Assembly (NCBI GenBank): GCA_027008775.1
Contig: JALVDV010000001.1
Location: 73,934 to 137,933, forward strand
Direction of reading: 5' to 3'
Length of the DNA stretch: 64,000 bases
Source: Candidatus Moraniibacteriota bacterium
GTDB lineage: Bacteria > Patescibacteriota > Minisyncoccia > Moranbacterales > DUUL01
Both the position numbers and the translations under genes were made by a program. Each line of letters starts with the position of its first letter. Positions within the stretch are counted from its first letter, which is position 1. The notes below the pieces were generated by a model. That model did no database searches. It was not told the DNA's origin and worked only from the letters and a program-made list of their open reading frames with translations. This document shows positions 50,116 through 59,079 of this stretch, piece after piece.

Positions 50116-50197
50116 TCTCGCCCGTCAAGAGAGCGCTCCTCGCCCAAACATACCGTTCGGTACGGACGGGTAACCTACCGAACTAAACTAACTTCCC
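50116..50197 (-). pseudogene. Decayed partial tRNA-Val copy interrupted by a 32-bp palindromic element
   Basis: 50116-50138 matches 50045-50067 at 21/23; insert 50139-50170; D-arm-like sequence resumes at 50171. Confidence 0.7.
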
Positions 50198-50224
50198 AAA
50201 ATAAATCAAACAATTTTCCGCCTA

Positions 50225-50532
50225 TCATTTATCAATTAAAAATCCCAACAGCCCACCAAAAATCAACGTGGAAACAAGCATTGGAATTATACTACTGACA
50301 TCACCCCTTCAAACTGGAAAAGTGATTGGTAACAACGTCAAAACAACCAGCACAACTCCTTTGTAGATGCCTCTAATTTTCATGTCTGTCGTGGCCACCA
50401 AAAACCCAACGACTAACCAATGGAAAAAAGCAGAGAAATCAGCTTCCCACTCCAGTTTCATTAAAATCATCGATACAACATCCAGTGGATCAACCACCGC
50501 TCCCAAAAAAAGAGCTTTTTGATTTTTTCCAT
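50225..50532 (-). pseudogene. Small membrane protein pseudogene
   Basis: Apparent frameshift after MEKIK; internal TGA at 50309-50311; hydrophobic reading continues (..IIPMLVSTLIFGGLLGFLIDK*). Confidence 0.6.
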
Positions 50533-50912
50533 AAAGTAGCAATAAATAATTTTCAAACAACTACTTAAGTCAACTATTCTCTGACTCGTTTATTCTATAT
50601 TTTTTTCCATTTTTTTGCAACCAGATCCCCACAATTTATCCCATTTTATTTGCCAAGCTTGTTTAACAATCAACTTCTAAATGAAGCAACATATCTTCAT
50701 GCAAATCCCGCAAATAATCAGTGAGCAAAATCCAACACAATCAACAAGAGTAACACTCAATCAATTTAATCGGTCAATCTGCATTTCCGAATCACCAAAC
50801 AACCAACATTTACCACCAAGTACCGTGATTAAATATAACTGAAAAACCTAAAAACAAAAGATATCACATATTCTCCAGTCACTTCCTCTTCCGCTATTAT
50901 AATTACCACCTT

Positions 50913-50944
50913 CCATTATGATATTATCAATAATATCATAATGG
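50913..50944. repeat. 28-bp palindrome family copy (extended by CC/GG)
   Basis: CCATTATGATATTATCAATAATATCATAATGG. Confidence 0.9.
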
Positions 50945-51012
50945 TTACGCTTACAGACAAACTCTTTTCCTCTTCCTCATTCGATCATAACTGTCATCAC
51001 CACTTCCACTAT

Positions 51013-51519
51013 CTATTTTTCAGTATCATAAAACAATACTTCACAAGCATATTTATCGCAAAATCTCAAAAAATCATCCTTTTTTATTTTCAAAGAAGCC
51101 GTATTCCGAAAAGGATGGAAATGAATATAGTCGGAAACCAAAATATCCTTGTCTATTATCAAAGGAATATTTTTAGCTCCGGGATAAATCAGTGCCAACG
51201 GTGTCACTGAGCCGGGACTAAGACCCAAATATTTCGCCAATCTTTCCTCAGAAGCAAAGCCCATTTTCCGATGTTCACCTAAAAACTCAGCCAAATGGGG
51301 TATATCCAAACGCTTATCGGCTCTCAGCACCAATAAATAATGCCTGCGACCTCTTTTATCACGCAAAAACATATTTTTACAATCAATTCCCATTTCATTT
51401 TTCTGGTAAAAATCTCCCGAGGCCTCACAAGTAGCAAAAGCGGGATGTTCAAATTTTTGATATTTTATATTCAAATCATCTAAAATTTTATACAATTTTT
51501 TTTCATATTCCTCATTCAT
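51013..51519 (-). CDS. YbaK/ProX aminoacyl-tRNA editing protein
   Basis: EHPA..T, CKNMFLRDK, FAS, LGLSPGSVTPLAL, HFHP..NTAS. Confidence 0.92.
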   Translation of the reverse strand: MNEEYEKKLYKILDDLNIKYQKFEHPAFATCEASGDFYQKNEMGIDCKNMFLRDKRGRRHYLLVLRADKRLDIPHLAEFLGEHRKMGFASEERLAKYLGLSPGSVTPLALIYPGAKNIPLIIDKDILVSDYIHFHPFRNTASLKIKKDDFLRFCDKYACEVLFYDTEK

Positions 51520-51581
51520 TTTTTTGAATTTATCACTTAAAATTTTTAAATTAAATTTCAGAAGAAAAACCTTTGAAAAGT

Positions 51582-52322
51582 CTAGTTTGTCGAAACATAT
51601 TTTAAAAGAACAATGCCAGCAAAGCGACCGGTTTGATTGTTTTCGGCGCGACGATAAGAAAAGTAATTTTGGTCACAGTGATTGCAAGTTTTGCTGACAA
51701 ATATATTTTCCTTTTTAACGCCGACTTTTAACAATTGGTCTTGGTTTAATAAAGGTAAATCAAGATTAGTTTCGTTATAAATATATTTTTTACTCCACCG
51801 TTTTTCAAATCGCTGGATAGTATTTTGATCTATTCTATAACAATCCTTTTGAATAGATGGTCCTAAAAACACCTGAATATCTTGAGTATTGGAATTGTAT
51901 TCCTTTTGTAACTTTAAAATCATTTTTCCGGCAATATTTAAAAAACTACCCTCTCGTCCGGCGTGAGCAACGGCAATTACTTTTTGCCTTGGATCATAAA
52001 ACAAAATCGGAATACAATCAGCTACCAGAACCATCAAAGCCAGTCCCGGTTGAACGGTAATTAAGCCATCGGTTCCCAAAGACTCTCCGCTTTGAGCAAC
52101 GCTTGCAATTTTATCAGAATGCACCTGATTCATCCAAACGAAATTTTCCTGATCAACTCCCAGTTCTTTCGCCAACAACCTTCTATTTTCCAAAACATCT
52201 TCTCTTTTATCTCCAACATGTAATGCCAGGTTCAAAGTATCGTAAGGTGATTCACTCACCCCGCCCCACCGATTTGTAAATCCCGCCACCACTGTCTTCG
52301 TTTCCAAAACTTTTTGAAACAT
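51582..52322 (-). CDS. pgeF: PgeF/YfiH family (purine nucleoside phosphorylase-like)
   Basis: FTNRWGGVS, LNLALHVGD, MNQVHS, ADCIPIL, AHAG, FSYRR. Confidence 0.93.
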   Translation of the reverse strand: MFQKVLETKTVVAGFTNRWGGVSESPYDTLNLALHVGDKREDVLENRRLLAKELGVDQENFVWMNQVHSDKIASVAQSGESLGTDGLITVQPGLALMVLVADCIPILFYDPRQKVIAVAHAGREGSFLNIAGKMILKLQKEYNSNTQDIQVFLGPSIQKDCYRIDQNTIQRFEKRWSKKYIYNETNLDLPLLNQDQLLKVGVKKENIFVSKTCNHCDQNYFSYRRAENNQTGRFAGIVLLKYVSTN

Positions 52323-52360
52323 AAATCAATCTTTTAAAGTCTTTTAATTTAATATCTATT

Positions 52361-52545
52361 TTTAATTATCCATCTTTTAGCTATCTGTCTCTCAGTTGCC
52401 AGACATCTTTTAATTATTCGTCTATTGGTTGTCTGTCTCTTAGTTGTCTATTTGTTAATCGTCTGTCTCCTAGTTGTTTGTCTCCTAGTTATTTGTCTTT
52501 TAATTGTTTATCTTTTAGTTACCTATCTCCTGACTATCCATCTTT
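52361..52545. repeat. Degenerate 15-bp tandem repeat (about 12 units)
   Basis: Units such as TTAGTTGTCTATTTG, CTAGTTGTTTGTCTC, CTAGTTATTTGTCTT, TTAGTTACCTATCTC. Confidence 0.8.
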
Positions 52546-52577
52546 TAACAACTTTTACTCAACACTCTTTAACCTCT

Positions 52578-52613
52578 TACTATCATATAAGGTTGTGTAG
52601 TTGTATGATAGTA
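52578..52613. repeat. 36-bp palindromic element, copy 1
   Basis: TACTATCATATAA-GGTTGTGTAG-TTGTATGATAGTA; identical at 56697, 58280 and 59044. Confidence 0.95.
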
Positions 52614-52702
52614 TTTCGATAGTATTTTGGTTGGATTTATTATTTTTTAGCCTATTTTACCAAATGCTTGTCATAGCCTTATTTTATTAATTCCTCCCTT
52701 AC

Positions 52703-53060
52703 TTACTCAACAGCTTGCGAAACATCTTGCGGAACATCTTGCGGAATTTGAAAGCCCTTCTGCGGATAAATTTTTATTCTTTGTAAATCACCGACCATAA
52801 TGTTAACCACTCTGTCAAAAACATTGAAACCGTTTTCTTCCGGATAATCGGCAAAGGATATTTGCGAAGAAGTAACCGTTATTTCCACTCCCCGCTCCGA
52901 CCAAAAACAACTTCGCTCCTCGCTCCGCCACTCGAGTATCATGACTGCCCAATACCAAAATCAAATCCGCTTTTTTTAATTTGTGATTTAGATGATAATA
53001 ATCCCAAATTCTCCGCGCCAGTTTTTTTATTTTCTTTTTATCTTTAATGGTATTATTCAT
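52703..53060 (-). pseudogene. YdcF/DUF218-family pseudogene (internal deletion plus frameshift)
   Basis: N-terminal WDYYHLNH..ADLILVLGSHDTRVAERGA and C-terminal VNIMVGDLQRIKIYPQKGFQIPQ lie in different frames with the middle missing. Confidence 0.8.
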
Positions 53061-53379
53061 ATCGTTTTTTTATTTTTTTAATTTTATTTTCCAAGGCCGT
53101 TTTTATATCAACGGCCGACACCTCAGCCAACAACAAAGTGGTGATTATAACATCCGCCAATTCATTCGGTAAATTGTTTTTCACTTTCATTTTTGACAAT
53201 TTTTCTTTTCGCTGGTCATTATCCAAAGCTAAAATTTCCGCGCACAACTCGCCAACCTCCTCATTAAGTTTGACCGTTCGCGGTAAAACAATCTCCCGTG
53301 AGGATGATCCTTGACCGTGTTTTTTCACCAATCGCTCACTTTCCGATTTAATAAATTGCAACAATTCTTGAAAGCTCAT
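53053..53379 (-). CDS. MazG-like nucleotide pyrophosphohydrolase
   Basis: KLNEEVGELC, ELADVII. Confidence 0.9.
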   Translation of the reverse strand: MSFQELLQFIKSESERLVKKHGQGSSSREIVLPRTVKLNEEVGELCAEILALDNDQRKEKLSKMKVKNNLPNELADVIITTLLLAEVSAVDIKTALENKIKKIKKRYE

Positions 53380-53524
53380 ATAGTTTTAAAATTTATAAAG
53401 TTATCCATTTTTACCCCAAAATTCACTCTTTGCTTTTCTATAATTTTGATACGGCTTACCTTGATGCTCTTTTTTTAACAAATTGAAATCTTGTCTGGCA
53501 CATTCGTCTTTCTTTAAAATCTCC

Positions 53525-54060
53525 ATAGATACCCCCGCCCTTACAGGCGGGGTTCTTTTTATATTACAAGCTGCGCTTGTCCCGCATCTTCCTCGCCTTG
53601 TTTACGGACATATTCTTGAATTATTTTTTCATTGATACCGACAGTGGATACAAAATATCCTTTTGACCATATTCCTTTGTTGTCCCAATACACTTTTTTG
53701 AGAAACTTGAATTTGTTTTTTAAGCTTCTGCCAGTGTTGGATTTTATTGTTTCCACAACTTTACTTATGGCATATTTGGGGGGAATTATCATATGTAGAT
53801 GAATATGGTCTTTGTCGATTCCCATTTCAATATAAATCCGGTCCGGATAATATTTATTCACTTCTTGGAGTTTTATACGGAGACAGGAATCAACTCCTTT
53901 GACCAGTATTTTCCTTCTGTATCTGGTTGGCCACACTATGTGATATTGGGTTCCGTATACACTATGGTTTGCTTTGTATAGTTTCATATCCTCCATTATA
54001 CAGGAAGATGCGGGATTTGGCTCTCATCCCCGCCCTTACAGGCGGGGAGTTCTCGCTGAA
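53525..54060 (-). mobile_element. IS200/IS605-family insertion sequence (tnpA only), 536 bp
   Basis: Subterminal hairpin CCCCGCCCTTACAGGCGGGG at both ends; inserted 3' of TTAA on the minus strand with no TSD. Confidence 0.93.
53559..53996 (-). CDS. tnpA: IS200-family HUH (Y1) transposase
   Basis: YHIVWPTRYRR, DHIH, WSKGYFVSTVG, YVRKQ. Confidence 0.96.
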   Translation of the reverse strand: MEDMKLYKANHSVYGTQYHIVWPTRYRRKILVKGVDSCLRIKLQEVNKYYPDRIYIEMGIDKDHIHLHMIIPPKYAISKVVETIKSNTGRSLKNKFKFLKKVYWDNKGIWSKGYFVSTVGINEKIIQEYVRKQGEEDAGQAQLVI

Positions 54061-54394
54061 TTAAATATATGAAACTCATCAAAACGAGAATCTTTAATAA
54101 CCAGCATGATATCAACAGATTCTAAATCAGGTGGAATATTTTTTTCTTTGAATATCGCCAACCCCTCATTCTTACCAACAACCCAGACGTCCTCATGTTC
54201 GGCAACAAATACTTCTTTAAACTTTTCTATCGCTGATTGGAAATCACTTCCTCGCACTCGCACGGTTATATCCAAATCTTTTTTGGTTAACATTCCGGAA
54301 ACCGCCGAACTACCCACATGTTCAACTTCCGCCTCCGGTACCAATTCTAAGATTTTGTTTTTTATTTTTGCATATTCCGCCTCAATCACTTCTT

Positions 54395-55520
54395 TGCATA
54401 AGATGAGATACATCTTGGACACCCCTAAAAAAGATATTATGCTAAAAAAGGTTAACCAATAATGTATCTCAAAAAAATGAAAACCAAACAAGTGGGATAT
54501 TATCTGATTCCCAATATTAAAATATCCAAAACAAAATACATTCGTTGGAAAAAGATAGCTAAAACATTAAATCTATCCCAGAAAGCCAGACAAAGATTGG
54601 ATTGGATAATATACTATTACACCAAAGCCAATCAGAACGCCTCTCTAACTTGCAAGCACTTTGGTATTAGCAGATCCAAATGGTATTTCTGGATAAATAA
54701 GTTTGCTGAAACCAACTTGAGAACTCTAGAAAATAATCCCACAGTTCCTTTTAAAAAAAGAGAAAAAGAATACACTGATTTACAATATGAAAGAGTGGTA
54801 AAATTAAGAAGACAATTTATCAAATACGGAAAGGTAAAACTGCTTAAAAAATATCAATCATTATACCCGGAGGATAAAAACATCAGCCAATGGAAGATTC
54901 AATGTATTATTCAAGTATCAGGAATCTATTATCACCCTAAAAAAGCCTTTAAAACGGCTAATAAACGAAGAAAAGCCATTCAGAAGAAAAAGATAACCGA
55001 ATTGAAAAAGAAACCTAAGAGTGGTTATCTAATAGCTTTGGATACAATTGTTAGAATAATCAACGGTCAAAGAAGATATATCATCACCGCCATAGACACT
55101 TATTCCAAAATAGCTTATGCCAGAATGTATAGTTCTCACAGTTCAATACAAGCTGAAGATTTTTTAATGAGATTAAATTATCTCCTAAATGGCAAGATGG
55201 AAAACATTCTAACCGATAATGGCTCAGAGTTTCAAAAACATTTTGAAAAAGCTTGTCAAAGATTAAACTTAAAGAGATACTACAGCCGAGTGAGACAACC
55301 TAAGGATAATCCCGTTTGTGAAAGATTTAACAGAACTTTAAATGAAGAATTCATCCAATTGGGCAATTTAACAACAGATGTAAAAACTTTTAACAGTAAT
55401 TTAACTGATTGGTTGATTGAATACAACTTTCACAGACCTCATCAAGCTTTGGATTATATGACTCCTATAGAATTTACTCAAAAATATGCCAAAGTGTCCA
55501 AGAGGTGGTCATCTAATACA
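54395..55520 (+). mobile_element. IS481-like insertion sequence, 1126 bp
   Basis: Imperfect TIRs TGCATAAGATGAGATACATCTTGGACAC and reverse complement TGTATTAGATGACCACCTCTTGGACAC; TTCTT target duplication at 54390-54394 and 55521-55525. Confidence 0.88.
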
Positions 55521-55532
55521 TTCTTTGATTGA
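54462..55532 (+). CDS. DDE (rve) transposase, IS481-like
   Basis: N-terminal HTH, ALDT, TDNGSEF, NPVCERFNRTLNEEF, YNFHRPHQAL. Confidence 0.93.
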   Translation: MYLKKMKTKQVGYYLIPNIKISKTKYIRWKKIAKTLNLSQKARQRLDWIIYYYTKANQNASLTCKHFGISRSKWYFWINKFAETNLRTLENNPTVPFKKREKEYTDLQYERVVKLRRQFIKYGKVKLLKKYQSLYPEDKNISQWKIQCIIQVSGIYYHPKKAFKTANKRRKAIQKKKITELKKKPKSGYLIALDTIVRIINGQRRYIITAIDTYSKIAYARMYSSHSSIQAEDFLMRLNYLLNGKMENILTDNGSEFQKHFEKACQRLNLKRYYSRVRQPKDNPVCERFNRTLNEEFIQLGNLTTDVKTFNSNLTDWLIEYNFHRPHQALDYMTPIEFTQKYAKVSKRWSSNTFFD

Positions 55533-55610
55533 TTCCTGCGGAACAAAATTACATATTCTTTCTCGCATAGTTTTAAGAACTTATAAAATCTCCAACAAAT
55601 TATTTTCACC

Positions 55611-55640
55611 TATTATGATATTATCAATAATATCATAATA
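55611..55640. repeat. 28-bp palindrome family copy
   Basis: TATTATGATATTATCAATAATATCATAATA, about 40 bp upstream of the GrpB-like start. Confidence 0.9.
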
Positions 55641-55667
55641 CTCAAATATTTTTCAAATTTGCAATTA

Positions 55668-56558
55668 TCAAATTTTAATCATCTCCAACAACAATTTCTT
55701 CTTTTCCTCCAAATCTCCTTTGATATATTCTACCTGATGAAACAAAATATCCCAACCCAACAAACCGATGGCTCTATTTGCCAAAACCAATTTAACCTCC
55801 TCTCGGTTTTCGTTAGGTAAATATTTGTTCAACCAGTCAGAAATTTTATTATAAAATTCCTGAGTATTTTTTGTTTTTAAGAAAGCAAAATCAATCGCTC
55901 GCAAAAAATCATAATAGCCCCGCCCGACTCGTGGAACAATATTTAAATCCAACAAATATAATTCTTCACCGGAAACAATAATATGATCGCCAATAATATT
56001 ACCGTGCGCCCAACCGAAAAACTCTTCTTCTTTTTCATTAATCACGGTTTGCATTTTATCGGCAATATTTTTAATGTCATCATACCGCAACAAACCAGCT
56101 TCCACAATCGGTCCGCCCCAAGTCAAAATAGAACCCATCGTCCACCTTTCACCGTCTTTTCGCAAATCACCCACCCTTTCCGCTTGCAATAATCTATCAA
56201 TAACCTTTTGATAATCATCGGCTATTCTTTTGCTTTGTTCAATGACCCAATCCGGATTTCCATCAATAAACTCATTCAGACTATCTCCGGCAATTTCTTC
56301 CATTAAAATCATTTCTTTGTCCGCTTTAATGATTGTCGGAACCTTAAAACTCAATTCCCTTTCCATTTCTTTGGCGATTTCAAAAAGTTTTGTTTGTTGC
56401 GGTTCAATTCTTTCCGTTTTTAAAATATATTTTTTACCGGTCTTGTCTTCAACCCGAGCAACACCGGATTTATTCCGGAAAAACCCCTTTTCCACAACTC
56501 GCAAATCATTTTCTCGCGCAATTTGCTCAACTGTTTTTTTCTTGGTTTTTGATGACAT
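55668..56558 (-). CDS. Aminoglycoside phosphotransferase/choline-kinase-fold protein
   Basis: YILK, FKVP, ILMEEIAG, AHGNIIGDHII, YLLDL, YYDF. Confidence 0.7.
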   Translation of the reverse strand: MSSKTKKKTVEQIARENDLRVVEKGFFRNKSGVARVEDKTGKKYILKTERIEPQQTKLFEIAKEMERELSFKVPTIIKADKEMILMEEIAGDSLNEFIDGNPDWVIEQSKRIADDYQKVIDRLLQAERVGDLRKDGERWTMGSILTWGGPIVEAGLLRYDDIKNIADKMQTVINEKEEEFFGWAHGNIIGDHIIVSGEELYLLDLNIVPRVGRGYYDFLRAIDFAFLKTKNTQEFYNKISDWLNKYLPNENREEVKLVLANRAIGLLGWDILFHQVEYIKGDLEEKKKLLLEMIKI

Positions 56559-56696
56559 AATTTTAAGACTTAATAATTAACTATCTAATAATTAACCATT
56601 GTAGGTCATAAACAATTAGCGTAAACATATTTTACCCCGCAACACTCTCCAACCCTATATCACCACCCCATAACACCACACGACCACACAATCCAA

Positions 56697-56732
56697 TACT
56701 ATCATATAAGGTTGTGTAGTTGTATGATAGTA
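56697..56732. repeat. 36-bp palindromic element, copy 2
   Basis: Identical to 52578-52613. Confidence 0.95.
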
Positions 56733-56749
56733 TTTTGTTTTTTAATTAT

Positions 56750-57140
56750 ATTTTTCCAGTGATTTCTTGCTCCAATTTGTTTGAAAATTTCCCGTAAAAA
56801 ATTTAATCGTTCTTCACCTCTCTTTTGTCCTTGCTGGACATACAATTCATCCGAATTTATCCGATAAAAATTTTAACTTTATTTCAAACTCTATTTGTAA
56901 ATTATATTTTGCTTTATCTTAGATTTTACCGTTAATTTTTTCTCCCAAATTTTATCTGACGTGTTTCCCAACATCAATCTTCTTACAAATTCTTGCACTA
57001 TTTCTTCTCGTTAAAACAAAACCAATAGCCATACCTATCACTCCGAGAGCGTCCAGTTTGTCCACGTCAAACAAAGTTTACGCTTTTTTTGCTTTTTGGC
57101 TTGTTGCCCGTTCTATATCTGTGCGCGACAATAAGCATTT
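56750..57140 (-). pseudogene. HD-domain protein remnant (5'-truncated, multiple stops)
   Basis: Hand translation AHRYRTGNKPKSKKA*TLFDVDKLDALGVIGMA; DxDKLDAxGxIG is typical of HD hydrolases. Confidence 0.7.
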
Positions 57141-57147
57141 ATACATC

Positions 57148-57531
57148 TTATCTTTCTACCACTTCTACTAAATTTCCACTGCAATCTTTTAAAAAAATAT
57201 ATTTTAATATTTTTCCTTCGGTAATGTCTTTATAGATCTCTATTTTTTTCTTTTTTAATTTATTTTTAAATTTCTCTAAATCAGAAACAGAAAAAGCAAA
57301 ATGATTTATGCCAATAGTTTTTATATCTTTTTCCAAATCTTTCTTGTATTTAGGTAAATCATTAAATTTTCTAAACCAAAAGATTTCCAAGATAATATTA
57401 CCCTTCAATAAATAAATTTCCATTTCATCATCTTTGTACTGCTTAAAGATTTGCAAACCAAAAATATCTTGATAAAATTTCAAGTCCTTTTTTATATTTT
57501 TACTTGTAATTGAGATATGATGAATTTCCAT
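57148..57531 (-). CDS. VOC/glyoxalase family protein
   Basis: IHHISI, FYQDIFG, LEIF, GINHFAFSV, FLKDCSGNLVEV. Confidence 0.9.
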   Translation of the reverse strand: MEIHHISITSKNIKKDLKFYQDIFGLQIFKQYKDDEMEIYLLKGNIILEIFWFRKFNDLPKYKKDLEKDIKTIGINHFAFSVSDLEKFKNKLKKKKIEIYKDITEGKILKYIFLKDCSGNLVEVVER

Positions 57532-57545
57532 ATCCTATACGTTTT

Positions 57546-57962
57546 TTATTTAACGGTTTTCAAAAACTCCTCTATTGTTCTGTATCTCTCTTGAAAAATC
57601 AAATATAAAGTTTCCGGCTTTTCTGGCTCGCCGATCAAAATCAATGGTTTACCCAATCCGTAAGCAATTCCCGCCTCAATATGAACAGCATTTCCAGCCG
57701 GCAACAGAACAATAACTTTCTCGGCATTTTTTAACGCTCGTAAATCTCTTTTAAATATTTTCCAATAATATTTGTCCTCATAAAAATTTTCCACCGCTTC
57801 AAATTTTTCCATATGTTTTTCCGGATTAATATCCGGATCGTTTTCATCCACCGACAAGTCACAAAAATTATAACAAGATTTCCCTCGTCTCCTCAATCCA
57901 AAAACCAATTTCTCTACATTTTCTTTGTTTCTAAATTTTCCTAAAACAGTATAGTCAGTCAT
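57546..57962 (-). CDS. Nucleoside 2-deoxyribosyltransferase-like protein
   Basis: FKRDLRALKNA..VIVLLPAG...HIEAGIAYGLGKP. Confidence 0.75.
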   Translation of the reverse strand: MTDYTVLGKFRNKENVEKLVFGLRRRGKSCYNFCDLSVDENDPDINPEKHMEKFEAVENFYEDKYYWKIFKRDLRALKNAEKVIVLLPAGNAVHIEAGIAYGLGKPLILIGEPEKPETLYLIFQERYRTIEEFLKTVK

Positions 57963-58279
57963 AGTAATTATTTTTACCTATTCCTACCTTCTGCCATATA
58001 TATATTCTTATTTTATTTTGAATAGATATTCCATTTCTACAGGAAAGAAATGTTCGCCGGTTAAATCTTATCGCATTTTGTTTTTTATTACAAAACATCA
58101 TGCTAATTTTCAAAATCACTCAAAAAATCTAAAACTTTCTTCTTTCAAATTTTTTATATCCCAAACCTCTACATCCTAAGCTCATATTCAAACCTCCATA
58201 TGCTAACCTCACGTTTAAATTCACAATTTACAACCATCCAGCCACAGCTATTCATAACTCACAAAATCATCAAACCACT

Positions 58280-58315
58280 TACTATCATATAAGGTTGTGT
58301 AGTTGTATGATAGTA
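58280..58315. repeat. 36-bp palindromic element, copy 3
   Basis: Identical to 52578-52613. Confidence 0.95.
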
Positions 58316-58367
58316 AAATTCATTTTTTACTTGTTTAATTTGATCTGTTTGTTTAAATTCGAGCCAA

Positions 58368-58790
58368 CTATAATCCCAGCAATCTTTTTAAAAATCTATG
58401 CTGAGGATACTTATCTAATAATCCCGTATATTCATATTTATCAGCTCTTCCCTCTTTTTTTCTGATCCGCTGATTTTTACGTTTCATCCAATTAGCCAAA
58501 ACTCTCCTGTAGGCATTGTCCCGAGCATTCATCCAGTGCTCAATCCCATTAATTGTATTATAACTTACCTTCATATTTTTTCTTATTTCATCGTAAGTTT
58601 TACCTTCAATCAATTGCTTTGCCACCTGTATCCTACGCGCTAACATTAAAGATTCACTGGGCGTCAATAATCCAATCAAAAAATCAATTGTGTCTGTTTT
58701 TGTTTTTAATCCGTACACAATATCAAAAAGATCCCCCACTAACTCCATTCTTTCCTGTTTAGGTATGGAGCTTACTTTTACTTTCGCCAT
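58368..58790 (-). CDS. TrpR-like (YerC/YecD) DNA-binding protein
   Basis: FLIGLLTPSESLMLARRIQVAKQLIEGKTYDEIRKNMKVSYNTI. Confidence 0.9.
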   Translation of the reverse strand: MAKVKVSSIPKQERMELVGDLFDIVYGLKTKTDTIDFLIGLLTPSESLMLARRIQVAKQLIEGKTYDEIRKNMKVSYNTINGIEHWMNARDNAYRRVLANWMKRKNQRIRKKEGRADKYEYTGLLDKYPQHRFLKRLLGL

Positions 58791-59043
58791 ATTATTATTT
58801 CTATTGTTAAATAATTATCAATCTAAATTAAATGGATACAAAGCAATTCAAACAAATACAAACAAAGCAAATACGGATAAATAACAATGATATGATAAAA
58901 ACATAATAAAGATACAATAAAAAATAGTCAAAAATGAAAGTAAAACAAAATAAAGTAAAATTAAAACAAAATAAAGTAAAACAAAGTAAGACAAAAATAA
59001 AAATAAACAAATAGACAACCCCAATATTTTACTATTATAACCT

Positions 59044-59079
59044 TACTATCATATAAGGTTGTGTAGTTGTATGATAGTA
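59044..59079. repeat. 36-bp palindromic element, copy 4 (operator-like position)
   Basis: Identical; lies just downstream of the minus-strand TTGACT-17-TATTAT(AAT) promoter facing the TrpR-like gene. Confidence 0.95.

Larger units (their letters stand above)
53401..55568 (-). pseudogene. GrpB (UPF0157)-family gene split by two IS insertions
   Basis: Segments 55568-55521, 54389-54061 and 53524-53401 join to 501 nt (166 aa) in frame, with EHVGSSAVSGMLTKKDLDI and HIFKEILKK..YRKAKSEF. Confidence 0.9.

Noticed and set aside
50309-50311. TGA readthrough or alternative genetic code
   Set aside because: The same gene also has a frameshift and other genes (maf, nucleotide-sugar dehydrogenase, ftsB-like) end at TGA, so decay is the simpler explanation.
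52425-52622. 65-aa hydrophobic ORF (VVCLL repeats)
   Set aside because: It is a by-product of the 15-bp minisatellite, with a TTG start, no SD, and it lies on the opposite strand to all neighbours.
52578-59079. CRISPR array made of the 36-bp repeats
   Set aside because: The length fits, but copies are 0.7-4 kb apart with whole genes between them, and there are no cas genes.
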